DNA from: a virus | Taxonomy: Duplodnaviria; Heunggongvirae; Uroviricota; Caudoviricetes | Reading direction: 5' to 3' (one strand) | DNA: 58,745 bases | Virus record (IMG/VR): IMGVR_UViG_2531839662_000025 | Shown: positions 57,506-58,745 of the stretch, piece after piece | How positions within the stretch are numbered: the first letter of the stretch is position 1 | How the letters are laid out: each line of letters opens with the position of its first letter | Notes under the pieces: model-generated | The model's database searches: none | What the model saw: the letters and a program-made list of their open reading frames with translations, nothing else | What the model was told of the DNA's origin: nothing | Program-made: the position numbers and the translations under genes

Positions 57506-57757
57506 ATGTACGAATTAACTCTATCGCCAGCAGAGATTCAAGAGATCACGAAATACGAGCGATACACAAAACAGCAACACCAGTTAAGGCTGCACGGTAT
57601 CCCATTTGTAATCGGTCCTAAAAACGAACCAATAGTTCTTCGCAGGGATATTCCACACGGACTGACTACGATGCCAAAAGCACCTGAACTGGTTTCCGCT
57701 GAACCCGATTTTGAGGCGCTGAACAATGGGAAGACCAAGAAAAAACAAAAAAGATAA
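57506..57757 (+). CDS. putative excisionase (Xis-like)
   Basis: 83-aa ORF immediately upstream of and overlapping the integrase. Confidence 0.4.
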   Translation: MYELTLSPAEIQEITKYERYTKQQHQLRLHGIPFVIGPKNEPIVLRRDIPHGLTTMPKAPELVSAEPDFEALNNGKTKKKQKR

Positions 57758-58745
57758 TGCACTACCACCGCGTGTTAGATCGAATGGTTACAGTTACGTA
57801 TGGAAACCCGAAGGAAGCACAAGAACTATAGGGCTCGGAAGAGTGCGGGAAACCAGCGTAGCTAAAGTCTGGCAAAATTATGAGCTGGAAAAAGCAAAAC
57901 TCCACAACATAATGACAGTAGCTAAATTATGGCACATGTTTATGGACTCCCCTGCATTTACAGAACTGGCCCCCCGAACCCAAAAAGATTATCGGCAACA
58001 TCAAAGGGCATTGTTGGCAGTATTCGGAAAAGTGCTTGCTGATAATGTAAAAATTGAACAGGTAAGAATTTTCATGGATAAGCGAGGACTTGAGAGCAAG
58101 ACCCAGGCAAACCATGAACTGGCAAGTCTGAGCCGTGTATACGGATGGGGATATGAGCGTGGGTATGTGAAAAATAATCCATGCAAAGGAGTCAGAAAAT
58201 TCACACTTAAAGCCCGTACTGTTTACATCACCGATGAACAGTATGCTGCAATATATGCGGAAGCAATTCCACAGTTACGTATTGCAATGGAGATATCCTA
58301 TCTTTGTGCGGCAAGGCTCGGTGATGTACTCGAGCTGAAATGGCAGGATATTATGGATAAAGGGATTTACATTGAGCAAAACAAGACCGGCACTAAACAA
58401 ATCAAGGAATGGTCTCCGCGATTACGTACGGCGATCCAGTTAGCCCGAAATGTATCTTCCGGCACATGCGAGTATGTGATCAACACAACCAAAGGCGGGA
58501 AGGTAATAGCCAAGACGCTGAACAACTGGTGGAATCAGGCTAAACGTGCGGCCGAGCAAAAAGCCGGCGTTCCGTTTGGGTGCAACTTCCATGACATAAA
58601 AGCCAAAGGGATTTCAGATTACGAAGGCAGCAGTCGCGACAAACAAATTTTCAGTGGACACAAAACAGAAAATCAGGTGTTGATTTACGATCGTAAAACC
58701 AAAATCACCCCAACACTGGATTTGCCGCTTGTGGTCAGTAAGTAG
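57726..58745 (+). CDS. tyrosine integrase (lambda-type) of the host prophage
   Basis: 339-aa ORF ending at the window edge; phage-integrase N-terminal SAM-like and C-terminal catalytic regions. Confidence 0.8.
   Translation: MGRPRKNKKDNALPPRVRSNGYSYVWKPEGSTRTIGLGRVRETSVAKVWQNYELEKAKLHNIMTVAKLWHMFMDSPAFTELAPRTQKDYRQHQRALLAVFGKVLADNVKIEQVRIFMDKRGLESKTQANHELASLSRVYGWGYERGYVKNNPCKGVRKFTLKARTVYITDEQYAAIYAEAIPQLRIAMEISYLCAARLGDVLELKWQDIMDKGIYIEQNKTGTKQIKEWSPRLRTAIQLARNVSSGTCEYVINTTKGGKVIAKTLNNWWNQAKRAAEQKAGVPFGCNFHDIKAKGISDYEGSSRDKQIFSGHKTENQVLIYDRKTKITPTLDLPLVVSK

Overview
The whole window is prophage DNA from an enterobacterial (E. coli/Shigella-like) genome, read almost entirely on the minus strand. 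The host element is a mosaic lambdoid prophage of the SfV type: Qin/Rac-like immunity, nin and late genes (cI/cro-like pair, O-like replication gene with iterons, RusA, Q-like, hok, dicF/dicB module), HK97-like head genes, a Mu-like contractile tail with two tail-fibre/chaperone pairs, and an integrase at the right edge. Nested inside it, splitting the large-terminase gene in two, is a ~15-kb satellite with the gene content of a capsid-forming PICI: P4-type integrase, AlpA-like regulators, primase, iteron origin, its own capsid, protease, portal, HNH, TerS and TerL, and no tail genes. The host prophage also carries a near-perfect loxP site with duplicated flanks inside its prohead protease gene (an engineering-type scar) and a complete IS66-family element with 8-bp target duplication in an early gene. 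Other content: phage-borne tRNA-Thr/tRNA-Gly, several low-GC morons, and a reverse-oriented gene inside the dicB operon. All functional calls come from reading the sequence and ORF track and from remembered family features; no database search was run, so names are provisional.
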